DNA of 63,481 nt, filler included, from Octopus bimaculoides (Eukaryota), in the NCBI RefSeq assembly GCF_001194135.2. It is 6 parts of 6 records of this genome, joined end to end, with 100 filler letters (N's around TTAATTAATTAA, not from the genome) between each part and the next. Parts side by side here need not be neighbours in the genome. Positions count along the whole stretch, not along the records: positions 26,429 to 47,880 come from NC_068989.1; 5 more parts are not named here. One strand, given 5' to 3'. Shown here one piece after another: positions 35,378 through 47,651 of the stretch (within the stretch, counting starts at the first letter, position 1; each line of letters starts with the position of its first letter). The position numbers and the translations under genes are program-made. The notes beneath the pieces were generated by a model. The model saw nothing but the letters and a program-made list of their open reading frames with translations, had not been told where the DNA came from and made no database searches.

Positions 35378-37885
35378 TGCTAAACTAGCTCTGCATTAAA
35401 AGCTCCCTTTCAAACGTCCTTCCAAAGGTAACAAAAAAAATATGGACGTATTCACAGAGTGGAGGACATGGTGTAATATCGGAATTACAGAATGGAATTC
35501 TTATTGAAGTAAAGGTAGAGACGGACTATATGTAATCTGAACCTTCCCCCCCACCTTATTTATTAATTTTGTTTATGGAATCCCACGTTTTAGGCTATGG
35601 AGATTCCGATTCTGAAAAAAAATTGTTTGAAAAATTTCAATTCACCCCCCCCCNNNNNNNNNNNNNNNNNNNNNNNNNNNNNNNNNNNNNNNNNNNNNNN
35701 NNNNNNNNNNNNNNNNNNNNNNNNNNNNNNNNNNNNNNNNNNNNNNNNNNNNNNNNNNNNNNNNNNNNNNNNNNNNNNNNNNNNNNNNNNNNNNNNNNNN
35801 NNNNNNNNNNNNNNNNNNNNNNNNNNNNNNNNNNNNNNNNNNNNNNNNNNNNNNNNNNNNNNNNNNNNNNNNNNNNNNNNNNNNNNNNNNNNNNNNNNNN
35901 NAAAAAAAAAAAAAAAAGTGGGGAAAGGTTCAGATTACATATAGTCCATCTGGACCGAAGTAAAATTAGTTGCGTAATGGCATACAGAGGATGTTGCGAA
36001 GGAAGTATGTATGCGTGTGTATGTGTAATGCAAACAATGAAGACAAGAGTATTTGAGGAAACTGGCTCAACTCAAGAGTTCCGTGTTTTTGAGCGAAGTG
36101 TAAGCGAAGTGTAAGCGTGTGAAGAAATAACGGAGCTCATTAAAAAACAAAAATTAAGGCATTACGTCATTAAGCAGAATAGAGAGGAGCAGAAAGGAAA
36201 CGGAGAGAATAGCAGTAGTCGAAAATGTAAGGACGAAGAGAATCTGCCTGCTAAATTAATCGTGTGCGAAAGAAGAGAAAGAGAGAATATAAGAGTGAGG
36301 TAGGTGGAAGAATAAAGAAACACGATAGAGAGAAAGGAGGATTGTTAATTGACGAGAGGAATGAGACAGAATGAAGAGAAAATAGCTTATGACGAGGCAA
36401 GTATAGTAGGGCACAATTTATTAAAGAGCAAGGGGTGAAATCTAAAGGGCAAAAACAAAGGGAAGGGGTGAGAACAAGCTTAAAAAAAGAAACAAGGTAA
36501 TGGGAAGAGCAATGATTCACAGTAAGCTAATGAAAAGAGTCTTTCCGCCGTCGCTTAGTCTTATAAATAGTCCACACAGGTCTGACACCACACACGTCTG
36601 ACATTCTTCACAACTTTCTGAAAAACGCATAGTTTTAAATAAAATTTTGCAGATTCGTTAATTGAGGTGTAGATTACGATTCTGTTAAAAACTTTCTTTA
36701 ATTTCTTTTAATGACATTTTGAAGAAATGCGCTTGCGAGATATCAAATACAGAAAAAGAAGTTATGGAAACTAGTAAAGTAGGTACAGAAATTCTTAAAA
36801 TTCCTAAATTTGAACATAAATCATTAACCTGTACCCTCGAAAACGTATTTCAACGAAATGCGCATTTTTCAGGAAGGTGGTCGAACGGGCACCCAATTGA
36901 AGATATGCCACCAAATCTTTTATCAAATCTCCTTGCTATCCAACTTAACGCTGCATAGAAAGCTGGTGTAAACTATTTTTAAGTGGAAGGCTTACTTAAT
37001 CAAAGACAACCTAAAATTAAAATTAAATAAAAAGGCTGCTGACTAAGAGACTATAGAAGAGAGCGTTATAGACAATAGATTTAAGTAGACTTAAGAGATT
37101 AGAGAAAGTTAGAAACTAAAGCAGGAAGGACATGTGATAGATAAAACAAAAGCTGTGAAGAGATTCATATGTAGAGGAAATGATAGGATAGGCATAGACA
37201 AAGTATAAGCAGTATAATGTAAAAATAATAGAAATATTCAAGGAGACAGAGTGACAAACGAACAGGATGGTGCGTAGAAAGTCGATTTTTTTCTCATACT
37301 AGCTTAACAATGTCTAAATAAAACCGGTACGTGTATTTCAAGAAATATTCGCAGGATATAATGAAGGAACATTTGAAGCAATTTTAATTTTTTCTTATTC
37401 TCTAAAATGTGGCAATTATCCACCAAGTAATCGACTACACTCGCGCGGAAATACAATTCCCAAGCACGAGGTTAAGCTAACCAAATCTTCACAAGCTTAG
37501 TAACAGCTACTGTACTGATGATCTCATCTTCCTGGGCTACATGAGATCATGTTGCTAGCTGCTATTGGCTTTGCTTTTAATTAAATCCTACATATGCCAA
37601 CTTCTAATGACTCGTCAGAACCAATCTGGCAAACTCAACATGGTCACTCGATCTGCTAGAAATATTGGCAATACTTCTTAGAGTATTTTAATCTGTGTAT
37701 TTCTAAAATAAAAAGACTGGAATGTCTGATTACAAGTCTACTTTATTGGCCGATTTATTTTAAAGCTAGACCCGCTCCACAAAGCACTCAAATTTTCCTG
37801 TAATCAAACCCGACAACTGAGTCTTAAATCAATATAAAAGTCGGCATAAGTTAGAAAGCTTTTTGATTTAAGTCTATCCTACCAG

Positions 37886-37931
<46 letters not shown>

Positions 37932-38015
37932 NNNNNNNNNNNNNNNNNNNNNNNNNNNNNNNNNNNNNNNNNNNNNNNNNNNNNNNNNNNNNNNNNNNNN
38001 NNNNNNNNNNNNNNN

Positions 38016-38048
<33 letters not shown>

Positions 38049-38874
38049 CTAAAGCCAAATCACGTCTTAGACAAATAAAATGGTACGTTCAATTATGCTA
38101 TCATAGAAAAATAGACGTGATAGCCACGGATGAAACGCCATGTCTCAAGGCCAATAGAAGAGCCTTCAAGTTGTGGTGTAACAACTAAAACGAAAGATCT
38201 TTTACTTTCAAAACTTTTGAAAAGACCAAAATTGATTTGCTAAAATGTATTCCCATGGTAAAAGGCTGAGAATCGATGCTACATTGTAACCCCTAAACAG
38301 TCTGCTAGAAAAAGCAGCAACTTTTCTCTCAAAGGAAAAAAAAGGAATGACGTTGAATCGAAAGCTGCCAAGTAGGCAATTGAAAAGCATTTAAAATGTA
38401 GAACTAGGCATTCGAAAATTTCTTGGGATTTCGCCAATTTATTTGTTAAAGCATGGCAGAACTTGCAATTTTCGTTCTTAATCATAAAGTATTTTACATT
38501 ATTTTCTTGAGCGAAACATCGCTGTCATTTCGTTTTCATTGGAAATGCATAAAATATGTCTATTTAAAAGCGTATAGTTACTTTCTTAAAAAATTCGCAA
38601 GCAAGCAAAAAAATGTATTCTTCCATATTTATGCGAAGGAAATACCAAATCCAAGATATTTCAAATGCTGAACCTGATGTTCGAAACAAATTGTGCCCGA
38701 ATTCAAACGGGAGTTAGATAAGGGAAGGGTTCTTTTATTTCGAAACTACATCATATTTTCGATAAAGGAATGCGATGGCAGCCCAGAACATCCTTGGATA
38801 AGAGAACTTTTGATCAGAAAGCATTCCAACCGTAACCACTAAGTCTTTTTGTATCTGATAAAATCATCATGAGA

Positions 38875-39138
38875 CAGTGGTTCCTAATCTTTTTCACTTT
38901 CCGGCGCACTAGATATAAAAATTTTACCGCACTTCGCATGTAAAGTTACAGCTGTTTTAAAATAGAAAAGAAATCAGAAATATAAATACTATTTCTGACC
39001 TTATTTTATTAATCATACTGGTGTATAATAAAATCATGAATAGCATGTTTACCAAAATGTTCAGGCATTAATATGGATTTCTAAAGTTTTAAAATTATAT
39101 TTTTTTTAAATCCGCGGCACACCATTTGACAACCACTG
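38875..39138. mobile_element. hAT-type MITE in tubulin intron 1 (older)
   Basis: Ends CAGTGGTTCCTAATC / TTTGACAACCACTG. The 8-bp TSD is not cleanly preserved. Confidence 0.5.
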
Positions 39139-39952
39139 ATCGAAGATCATTATAACTTTCTTTTTGTTTTTTTCAGTGCAGGAGTTAGATTGACAGCTAC
39201 TTCTTCAATGGATCATATCTAGTTAATCAATTTTCTTCTTTTGAGTAGTTGTCAATGACTGTCGCCATGGTGGAATAAAGCCTTTTAGCGTATATAGTTG
39301 AATTATTATATACTCAAGTAGTTACTTTTTTACCAAGCTCGGAGGAACGAAGATGCAAAGTGGTCTCGAACGGGATATGAAATTAGAAAGAAACATGGAT
39401 AACCAATCACTAGTAATTACAATTTAACGTAGAGGCGAACCTCTACAATATCACTTTAAATGCTTGCTGAACATAAACAGCCAAAATCTCAAATCCCCCA
39501 AGCAAGAACCAAGCAAGGGGGATGATCATGACAGGAGGATCGTTGATCACATATTGACCTGGGGCTAAACATCTATTATGACAATTATCAGATGATAAAA
39601 TTCAATATATACGATTATTGCGTATACATGTGGGTATATGAATGTACGCGTCAAGTATTTGAAAGTATTAAAAGTACAATAACTACTTCATTGTTAATTT
39701 TAAAAGCTAATATTGAAGCATAAACTTGCTTAATTAGAACTATGGTACATAAGCTGTTACATTTTGCTAGAAGTCTCACCCCATATTTCGAAAAACTGAA
39801 GAATTTGTTTGCGGGTATATCAATATCTCGAAAAAAAAAAATTCGTTTCAAATCTAGATGTAAATGTTAATTAAAAAGAGAATGTATCTTCTCTGGAAAC
39901 AATTTATAGCTCGAAAGAAATCTATATTTTTTAAAAAGTAAAACTAACTTAC

Positions 39953-39955
39953 CAT
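39953..39955 (-). CDS. TUBA: Alpha-tubulin coding exon 1 (initiator ATG only)
   Basis: Minus strand reads tcaacATG|GTAAGTtag, a perfect donor directly after ATG. An intron right after the ATG is established for metazoan alpha-tubulins. This is the best such site I found upstream of exon 2 and implies a 5335-bp intron 1 (34618-39952). Confidence 0.75.
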
Positions 39956-40069
39956 GTTGATAAGTGTTTTTCTTTATATACTCGAAATAAAGGTGGTTCG
40001 TTATATGTTCTTAATGTCTCAGTGCGATCGGCGCTCACACAGATTTGATGTACCTTACGTGAGGTCAAA

Positions 40070-40109
40070 GACTGACTTACAACGGCAGATTCTGTGTTCT
40101 CTTTATATA
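40070..40109 (-). promoter_or_regulatory. Candidate core promoter of alpha-tubulin: TATA box plus TCAGTC initiator
   Basis: Minus strand has TATATAAAG (40109-40101) about 30-35 nt upstream of TCAGTC (40075-40070, predicted +1 at 40073), giving a 5' UTR of about 118 nt to the ATG. Confidence 0.5.
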
Positions 40110-41005
40110 TATAAATATATATATATATACACACAGAGATGTACAAATACTTGTGTGTATGTGTGTGAGTTTATGTATGTGAGAGAGACAGATACGCACA
40201 CACAGACGTACCCAGACGCACACACATGCACATACACAAATTGCCACTCCTCAAACTGCTCCTCTTTCTATCACTACTACTCTAACCGCTACTCTTTTAA
40301 CAAAACCACTGCGCTATACAATGGAGTAAGTAGATTCCTTGCCAAGTGTCCTTTATCTCCTCCTCTTCTCTTTTCATCCTTCTCTCATTTGCATCCTCTG
40401 TTTTTTTATTTATGTTCAGTGGTTTTGACTCATACACAGGCAGCGATACACATATACACATACACACTTATAAACATACGGACACCGATACACATATTCA
40501 CATACACATACAGACGACACATACAAACAACAATGCACATATACACACACATAAACACAGACTCGGACACCAACACACATTTACACATATCCAGTCTCAC
40601 GTTTCTCGCTTATAATTACGAACACACACGCACACAGAATATACAAACCACTCGACACATACAACGTATATACGATAAATTCACGTAGAAATCGTGTTTC
40701 TTTTTCCTGCCATTGAATTGCGGCCATACTGGTGTATTTCTGTTAAGGCCTTTATGTGATCATATCCAGGGCTTCCTAAAAAAATTCCTCAACGCAAAAT
40801 AAGGTTTTTCGCGTTCCAAGAGTATGAATCCTCTCAAAAATACATGAAACTGAAAAGACCAGGCTAATTGTACCGGCTCCATCCGCTCCTAATTATTTCA
40901 TCCCTAGCTCTTATTTCAGTCTCATGTTTATTGTAGTTAAGTTAAAAACTGGAAGTTAAAACTAGAAAATAATTGCTAACTTGTTATTTTTAAATATACT
41001 TCTGT

Positions 41006-41160
41006 AGGCACAGGCATGTCTAGTAAGAAGCTTGCTTCCTAACCGAGTTCAGTTTCTCACTGTGTAGCACCTTGGGCATATGTCTTCTACTACAGCCCCG
41101 GGTCGAACAAAACCTTATGAGTCTATTTAGTAAACGGAAACTAAAAGAAACCCGTCGTAT
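41006..41160 (+). mobile_element. SINE family A head, diverged
   Basis: GTAAGAAGCTTGCTTCC..CACCTTGGGCA..GGAAACTAAAAGAAACCCGTCG. Confidence 0.75.
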
Positions 41161-42214
41161 ATATAATATGTATATATATATATATATATGGGGGGGGGGT
41201 NNNNNNNNNNNNNNNNNNNNNNNNNNNNNNNNNNNNNNNNNNNNNNNNNNNNNNNNNNNNNNNNNNNNNNNNNNNNNNNNNNNNNNNNNNNNNNNNNNNN
41301 NNNNNNNNNNNNNNNNNNNNNNNNNNNNNNNNNNNNNNNNNNNNNNNNNNNNNNNNNNNNNNNNNNNNNNNNNNNNNNNNNNNNNNNNNNNNNNNNNNNN
41401 NNNNNNNNNNNNNNNNNNNNNNNNNNNNNNNNNNNNNNNNNNNNNNNNNNNNNNNNNNNNNNNNNNNNNNNNNNNNNNNNNNNNNNNNNNNNNNNNNNNN
41501 NNNNNNNNNNNNNNNNNNNNNNNNNNNNNNNNNNNNNNNNNNNNNNNNNNNNNNNNNNNNNNNNNNNNNNNNNNNNNNNNNNNNNNNNNNNNNNNNNNNN
41601 NNNNNNNNNNNNNNNNNNNNNNNNNNNNNNNNNNNNNNNNNNNNNNNNNNNNNNNNNNNNNNNNNNNNNNNNNNNNNNNNNNNNNNNNNNNNNNNNNNNN
41701 NNNNNNNNNNNNNNNNNNNNNNNNNNNNNNNNNNNNNNNNTTTTTTTTTTTTTTTTGCCAAAAATACCCGTTTTCGGATTTGTGCTAACATTATTGATGG
41801 AAAATTATGACACTGCGAGCGTTGTAAAAGGAGCAAATCTGTTCGTTACCGTTCATTTTTTGAGAGAAGTCATATTTCGCCAGTGTTTATGTTGTGTAAA
41901 AAGTAGTGCAAAAAGTTGACTTATCTCCCCCTTAATTTTTGTATACTAGAAGCCTCCTCTAACTGGTTATCGATGCGATCTGCACCCGCTATATATTGCA
42001 ACCAGGGGAGCGAACCCCTACCATCTTCTAAAGTGACACTTAGTCACTGATCTTGCAACAAGCAAAGTAGCTAGTTAGAAAATCTCTATAAGAGATGAAA
42101 GTAGTAACTATACTGATAGGTAATGTTTGTCGCCACTTCAACATGGCTGTTCCGTACTTTCAACTCTTATAGATATTTTCCTAACAAGTTACTTTGCTTT
42201 CTTATAAGATTATT

Positions 42215-42960
42215 CTATGAATCCGCCTTCAGCTTCATTGACTCTTTCGATACAGGATTAGTATCTGTAACATGCCTGCACTAAATGGTTTTTATTCGTT
42301 TCAGACATCAACTCAACAGCAGACATTGGCAGTCTTCAGTGAAGCTAAGATGTTGTGAAGATGTCTCCCTTTCAACAACGCTCCATTTTAAGTCTGGCGA
42401 GTTTGGCGGTCACAAGTTTGGTGTTACGAAATCATAAAGATTGTCTGACGTCCATTCTTGGGGTATGTGGGCTCTGTCAAAAAAGTGCTGAGCATTGTTG
42501 AAACACGTTTGGCCTTCCATGGCGCTCTTCATCCGTCCAGGACGGAACAACTGTCTCCAGCATTTCAGTAATTGTAAAACCCTGTGGGAAGGAAGATATG
42601 AAGTAGCATGACATAAAACTTCGTTACTCCCCACTCCTAAAACCATTACAGTTGCTAGCGACATCAGAAAGATCTGCACATAACCATCTGTCATTTCTTC
42701 TGTTGGGCCTTTGGTCTTGGTCGAAGATTTTCTCATCAGGAAAGAATAAAAGAATGCCATGTTCGTGAGGACTTTTAACCTTGCTGAGTAGGCGCTTGGT
42801 ACGGATCAAACGGTTTCCCTATGCGTTTGCAGACATGAATTGATGTCACTTCAGTACATATGACCTGTCTACATGACCTGCACCACAATTCTGACAGTTC
42901 ACTCCGACACCTGAAGTGGCCATTATTGATTTTCTGGGATCATCATCGAATCCGTTGGAG
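42215..42960 (-). mobile_element. maT/DD37D-type (Tc1/mariner superfamily) transposase remnant
   Basis: FFPDEKIFDQDQRPNRRNDRWLCADLSDV; ATVMVLGV.SNE; EMLETVV.P; QEWTSDNLYDFVTPNL; WSVVERET; EAEGGFIE. Many frameshifts. Confidence 0.75.
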
Positions 42961-43524
42961 GAACTGCGGTGTCCTTATAATTTTCAAACATTTAGAATGT
43001 TAGTGTGTTTTTCTCTCTCTTTTCATACAGAGAAAATATCTACAACGGATGCTTCCGAAGTTTGTACTGAAAGATCTTATAGCATTTAGAGGGTTGGAAA
43101 TTTCTAAACCGCTGTGTTCCGCATATATTTCAACAATGACTGTATGTTTTTCATTTCTTGTTAGCATTTTATTTGCCACAGGGGTCCCTGAAAATCATAG
43201 AAGCATTTTATTTGGTTTGTATATTTAATATATTGAAACTTAATTCTTTTCTTGCGATTCAAGTTTTCTGTTACAGCGAACTTCAGATGAGTTTTCACTT
43301 GAAGTTCGCTGTGACATGAAACACGATCGATCCGTGAGGAGAAAATTTAGTTTCAATAAACCAGTTTAACATGTATCGATCTCTGCTTTTACGTTTGTTT
43401 AACACAGTGTGTGTGTGTGAGAGAGAGAGAAAGAGACAGAGAGAGAAATTAAAGAAAAAGAGAAGAAAAACTGCGACGTGACAAACTGTGACCATATGTG
43501 GGCACACACACACACACACACACT

Positions 43525-44357
43525 TAGTGTTGTAGAAGATAAAGTCTTGAATTTCTTTTTTGCTTGCGCTTCCAGGTGTTTCCACTCCATATTCTGCCTT
43601 TTGGATTCTAGTTCAAAATGATGGACCCAGGTCTCATGTGTTGTGACAATTCTCTCCAAAAAAGCTTTGCTTACATCATTGTTAACAGCCGAGTAAGCGG
43701 TGACAGATCTCCACAGGAGTGCACTTATGCGTTTCTTATTTCTTTATTGCCCACAGGGGGCTAAACATAGAGAGGACAAAGAAGGACAGACAAATGGATT
43801 ACGTCGATTACATCGACCCCAGTGCATAACTGGTACTTAATTTATCGACCCCAAAAGGATGAAAGGCAAAGTCGACCTCGGCGGAATTTGAACTCAGAAC
43901 GTACTGGCAGACGAAATACCGCTAAGCATTTCGCCCGGCGCGCTAACGTTTCTGCCAGCTCGCCGCCTTGAGTGCGCTTATGCGTTTCAGCAAGCTCTCT
44001 TGGCACCCATTTCATGCAAACTTTACAGAAGCGAGGTTTGTTGTGGATAGTTTCGAATGCAGAACCATAACTAATCTGCATGGAAGATTCCACCTCATCG
44101 ATGGTCACTCTTCGGTTCGTTAGAACTAGCTCTCGAACTTGTTGAATCTTCACGTCAGTGGTGACGGTTAACGGGCGTCCTGCTCCCTCTTCGTACTTCA
44201 GACTTCTCCGGCCATTTTTAAACTTCTTAACCCACTCATACACACTTTTACGCAGTAGAGTGCTATTTCTGTATTGGATTGAAAGCCCACGATTAATTTC
44301 AGCCCCCGACAAACTTTCAGTCTAGAGAAATCGGGTCACTGATCTCCGTTGTTCCAT
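43525..44357 (-). mobile_element. Mariner transposase remnant (HTH to first catalytic D region), interrupted by a SINE
   Basis: SGAEINRGL..VYEWVKKFKNGR..GAGRP..NRRVTIDEV..KVCMKWVPREL; ERIVTTHETWVHHFELESKRQNMEWKH..KKFKT (WVPREL and ETW mariner motifs). Confidence 0.88.
43736..43969 (-). mobile_element. Full-length SINE family B
   Basis: 19-bp TSD GAGTGC(A/G)CTTATGCGTTTC at 43717-43735 and 43970-43988. Confidence 0.92.
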
Positions 44358-44587
44358 GTGCACGCTGCTAGTGCAGTGGTTGTGTTTACACTTTAACACA
44401 AGACAGAAAACTCGGGCGATCAAAGTCAAACTTTGGTTATGCAACCACAATAGTACCACCTTTTACAACGCCAGCACTGAAGGCAGTGTGGCTAACCTAA
44501 AGAAAGTTATAGCGAAAGTGCGGATAATATAATGAACGAATGTATCTATGAGTATATATATATGCTTGTGAGTGTGTGTATGTATGT

Positions 44588-44972
44588 ATGGCTGTGTAGT
44601 AAGTAGCTTGCTTACCAGCCACATAGTTCCGGGTTCATTCCCACTGCGTGGCACCTTGGGCAGGTGTCTTCTACTATAGGCTCGGGCCGATCAAAGCCTT
44701 GTGAGTGGATTTGGTAGATGGAAACTGAAAAAAGCCCGTCGTATATATGTATATATATATATATGTGTGTGTCTGTATTTGTCCCCCTAACATCGCTTAA
44801 CAACCGATGCTGGTGTGTTTACGTCCCCGTAACTTAGCGGTTCAGCAAAAGAGACCGATAGAATAAGTACTAGGCTTACAAAGAATAAGTCCTGGGGTCG
44901 ATTTGCTCGACTAAAAAGGTGGTGCTCCAGCATGGCCGCAGTCAAATGATTGAAACAAATAAGAGTAAAAGA
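44588..44972 (+). mobile_element. SINE family A, long form with tail type 1
   Basis: Head, then a TA/TG microsatellite, then the CTGTATTTGTCCCC..CCGTAACTTAGCGGTTC..TAAGTACTAGGCTTAC..GGTGCTCCAGCATGGCCGCAGTC tail. Confidence 0.85.
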
Positions 44973-45447
44973 GTATGTATGTATGTGAATATAGACAGCA
45001 TGCGCCAGACAACAGGGGATAAAACATAAGACTAAGGAAAATAGAGGCCCGAGTTTGCGAACAACAATATACGCCCAGAAAAAACAGCTCAGACAGTCAA
45101 CTAGATATAGTTGACAAATAGGGAATTCAACAAATCTGCCGTCAACACCAATGGGGGAACCGATACAACTACAGAAGAGACTGCATGTGAGGATCAAGTG
45201 GCCCTTGCCCACATCAAACCCACAATGCTCAAGATGGCAGTCTCCGGCGTCTTTAGCACAAGTATCGGCAATCTTTTATGAGAACCGAGCCGCATCTGAC
45301 ATGGCTCAACCTAAGGAGCGTCGCACTACTAAGCAACACAATGTAATTTTTTGTTATGTGTACCATTCAGAAAGCACGGGGCTTCCTGTCAGTCCCCTTC
45401 TCCATGTCAACTGAAACGCAGCCACCCAGGAAGTCCAAATCAAAAGA

Positions 45448-45640
45448 GATACTCTTTTACTTGTTTCAGTCATTTGACAGCGGCCATGCTGGAGCACCGC
45501 CTTTAGTCGAGCTAATTGACCCCAGAACTTATTCTTTGNNNNNNNNNNAGTCGAGCTAATTGACCCCAGAACTTATTCTTTGTAAGCCTAGTACTTATTC
45601 TATCGATCTCTTTTTGCCGAACCGCTAAGTTACGGGGAAG
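45448..45640 (-). mobile_element. SINE family A tail type 1 fragment spanning a 10-N gap
   Basis: Reverse complement matches 44790-44970. Confidence 0.75.
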
Positions 45641-46454
45641 TTAAAAGCTACAGCCGGTCATTGAGTGACCTATAAACTGCTTAGAGGTACAGGTGACTCA
45701 CCAAACTCAAAAGCTGCCGAATCACCTGTATACGAGAGCTAGGCAGGCATCTTCAGCCAGCATGCCATGCTACTCCAGGCTGATGACGAGCAAAAACTCA
45801 GAAACATGTCCCTGGATGCAGGCTTGGCTGGGTGGAGGTACTTGTCTCCCCCTGGTAAACATAAGGACACAGGAAATGTGTCAAGGCCGACAGAAAGCGG
45901 TTGAGCTTCCTAGGGTTAAATAGCAGTAGTATGATTCCCTTATTGGGACTGTCACGTTAAGTTGACAGTATACGACTACTTTATCGTATCACTACTGCTT
46001 AAGTCTCTCTCAGAGATTTAGAANNNNNNNNNNNNNNNNNNNNNNNNNNNNNNNNNNNNNNNNNNNNNNNNNNNNNNNNNNNNNNNNNNNNNNNNNNNNN
46101 NNNNNNNNNNNNNNNNNNNNNNNNNNNNNNNNNNNNNNNNNNNNNNNNNNNNNNNNNNNNNNNNNNNNNNNNNNNNNNNNNNNNNNNNNNNNNNNNNNNN
46201 NNNNNNNNNNNNNNNNNNNNNNNNNNNNNNNNNNNNNNNNNNNNNNNNNNNNNNNNNNNNNNNNNNNNNNNNNNNNNNNNNNNNNNNNNNNNNNNNNNNN
46301 NNNNNNNNNNNNNNNNNNNNNNNNNNNNNNNNNNNNNNNNNNNNNNNNNNNNNNNNNNNNNNNNNNNNNNNNNNNNNNNNNNNNNNNNNNNNNNNNNNNN
46401 NNNNNNNNNNNNNNNNNNNNNNNNNNNNNNNNNNNTACAATATATAAATATATA

Positions 46455-46723
46455 ATTTAGAGAAAAGAACCAAAGTTCATGAACTCATCCATGAAAATCT
46501 AGTCACATATAGAAAAATTTAATAAGTAAATATACTAAAAAGAACTATAATAAGATACAAAGTAATAATCATTAAAATAATAATAATTAAAATAATATTA
46601 TTCTAATTATTAATGATTATTACTTTGTATTTTATTATAGTTCTTTTTAGTATATTTACTTTTTTCTATATGTGACTGGATTTTCATGGATGAGTTCATG
46701 AACTTTGGTTCCTTTCTCTAAAT
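46455..46723. repeat. Long AT-rich inverted repeat (arms 46455-46575 / 46610-46723)
   Basis: About 114 bp pair, with one 7-nt indel and a few mismatches. Confidence 0.9.
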
Positions 46724-47242
46724 GATATATATATATATATATATATACATATATGCGAGGAGTTTTCGTCAGGATGACTCCAGCTAATAGGTATGCACTC
46801 TGAGTGCTCGGTTCGGTATGCTACTAAAATTCCGGTTTGAACTACGGATAAACATGCCATTTAGTGACTGCCTTTCTAAAGTAGCTAGAAGTAGCTTCCC
46901 CTTGAGCAAGTAGATATAGATTAAAACAGAAATGGAGAAACAAATGATTTGAGAAGACCTGACAAGGACATTTAATTTTAGCTATATAATAAAAAGGTGT
47001 ACATAGTCTCTAACAGTTGTTTATAGAATATCCTAGCTATTGGAACATCGTGCCAGGCAAGGATTCCATAAGGCGGAGAGGGAGAGGTTAAACAGATGTG
47101 ACAGTGGAGGGACATTATTCATCAATGATATCATTGTAGTTCGTTTTGTCTAAAAAGTGGGAAGCAATCCAATTAAAAATCCAATTAAAATATCAATACA
47201 TATTCCAGAAACAGCTGTTAGAGACTATTCTTTAATTCTTGT

Positions 47243-47651
47243 ATTTGTTTCAGTCAGTTGACTGCAACCATACTGGAGCACCGCCTTTAGTTGAACAAAT
47301 CGACCCCAGGACTTATTTTTTGTAAGCCTAGTACTTATTCTATCGGTCACTTTTGCCGAACTGCTAAGTTATGGGGGGACGTAAACACACCAACATCGGT
47401 TGTCAAGCGTTGGTGGTGGGGACAAACACAGACGCACAAATATATACATACATGTATGCATACATACATACATGCATACATACATACATATGGACTCCTT
47501 TCAGTTTCCGTCTCCCAAATACACTTACAAGGCTTTGGTTGGCCCGAGGCTAGAGTAGAAATCACTTGCCCAAGGTGCCACGCAGTGGGACTGAACCCGG
47601 AACCGTGTGGTTGGTAAGCAAGTTACTTATCACACAGCCACTCCTGAGCCT
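47243..47651 (-). mobile_element. SINE family A, long form with tail type 1
   Basis: Reverse complement is colinear with 44588-44972, with an internal (CATA)n. Confidence 0.85.

Noticed and set aside
36540-37420. Possible non-autonomous DNA transposon (Kolobok-like) in tubulin intron 1
   Set aside because: It looks repeat-like, but paired termini and a TSD could not be defined.
45507-45582. About 32-bp direct repeat flanking a 10-N gap
   Set aside because: It is an unmerged contig overlap within a SINE tail.
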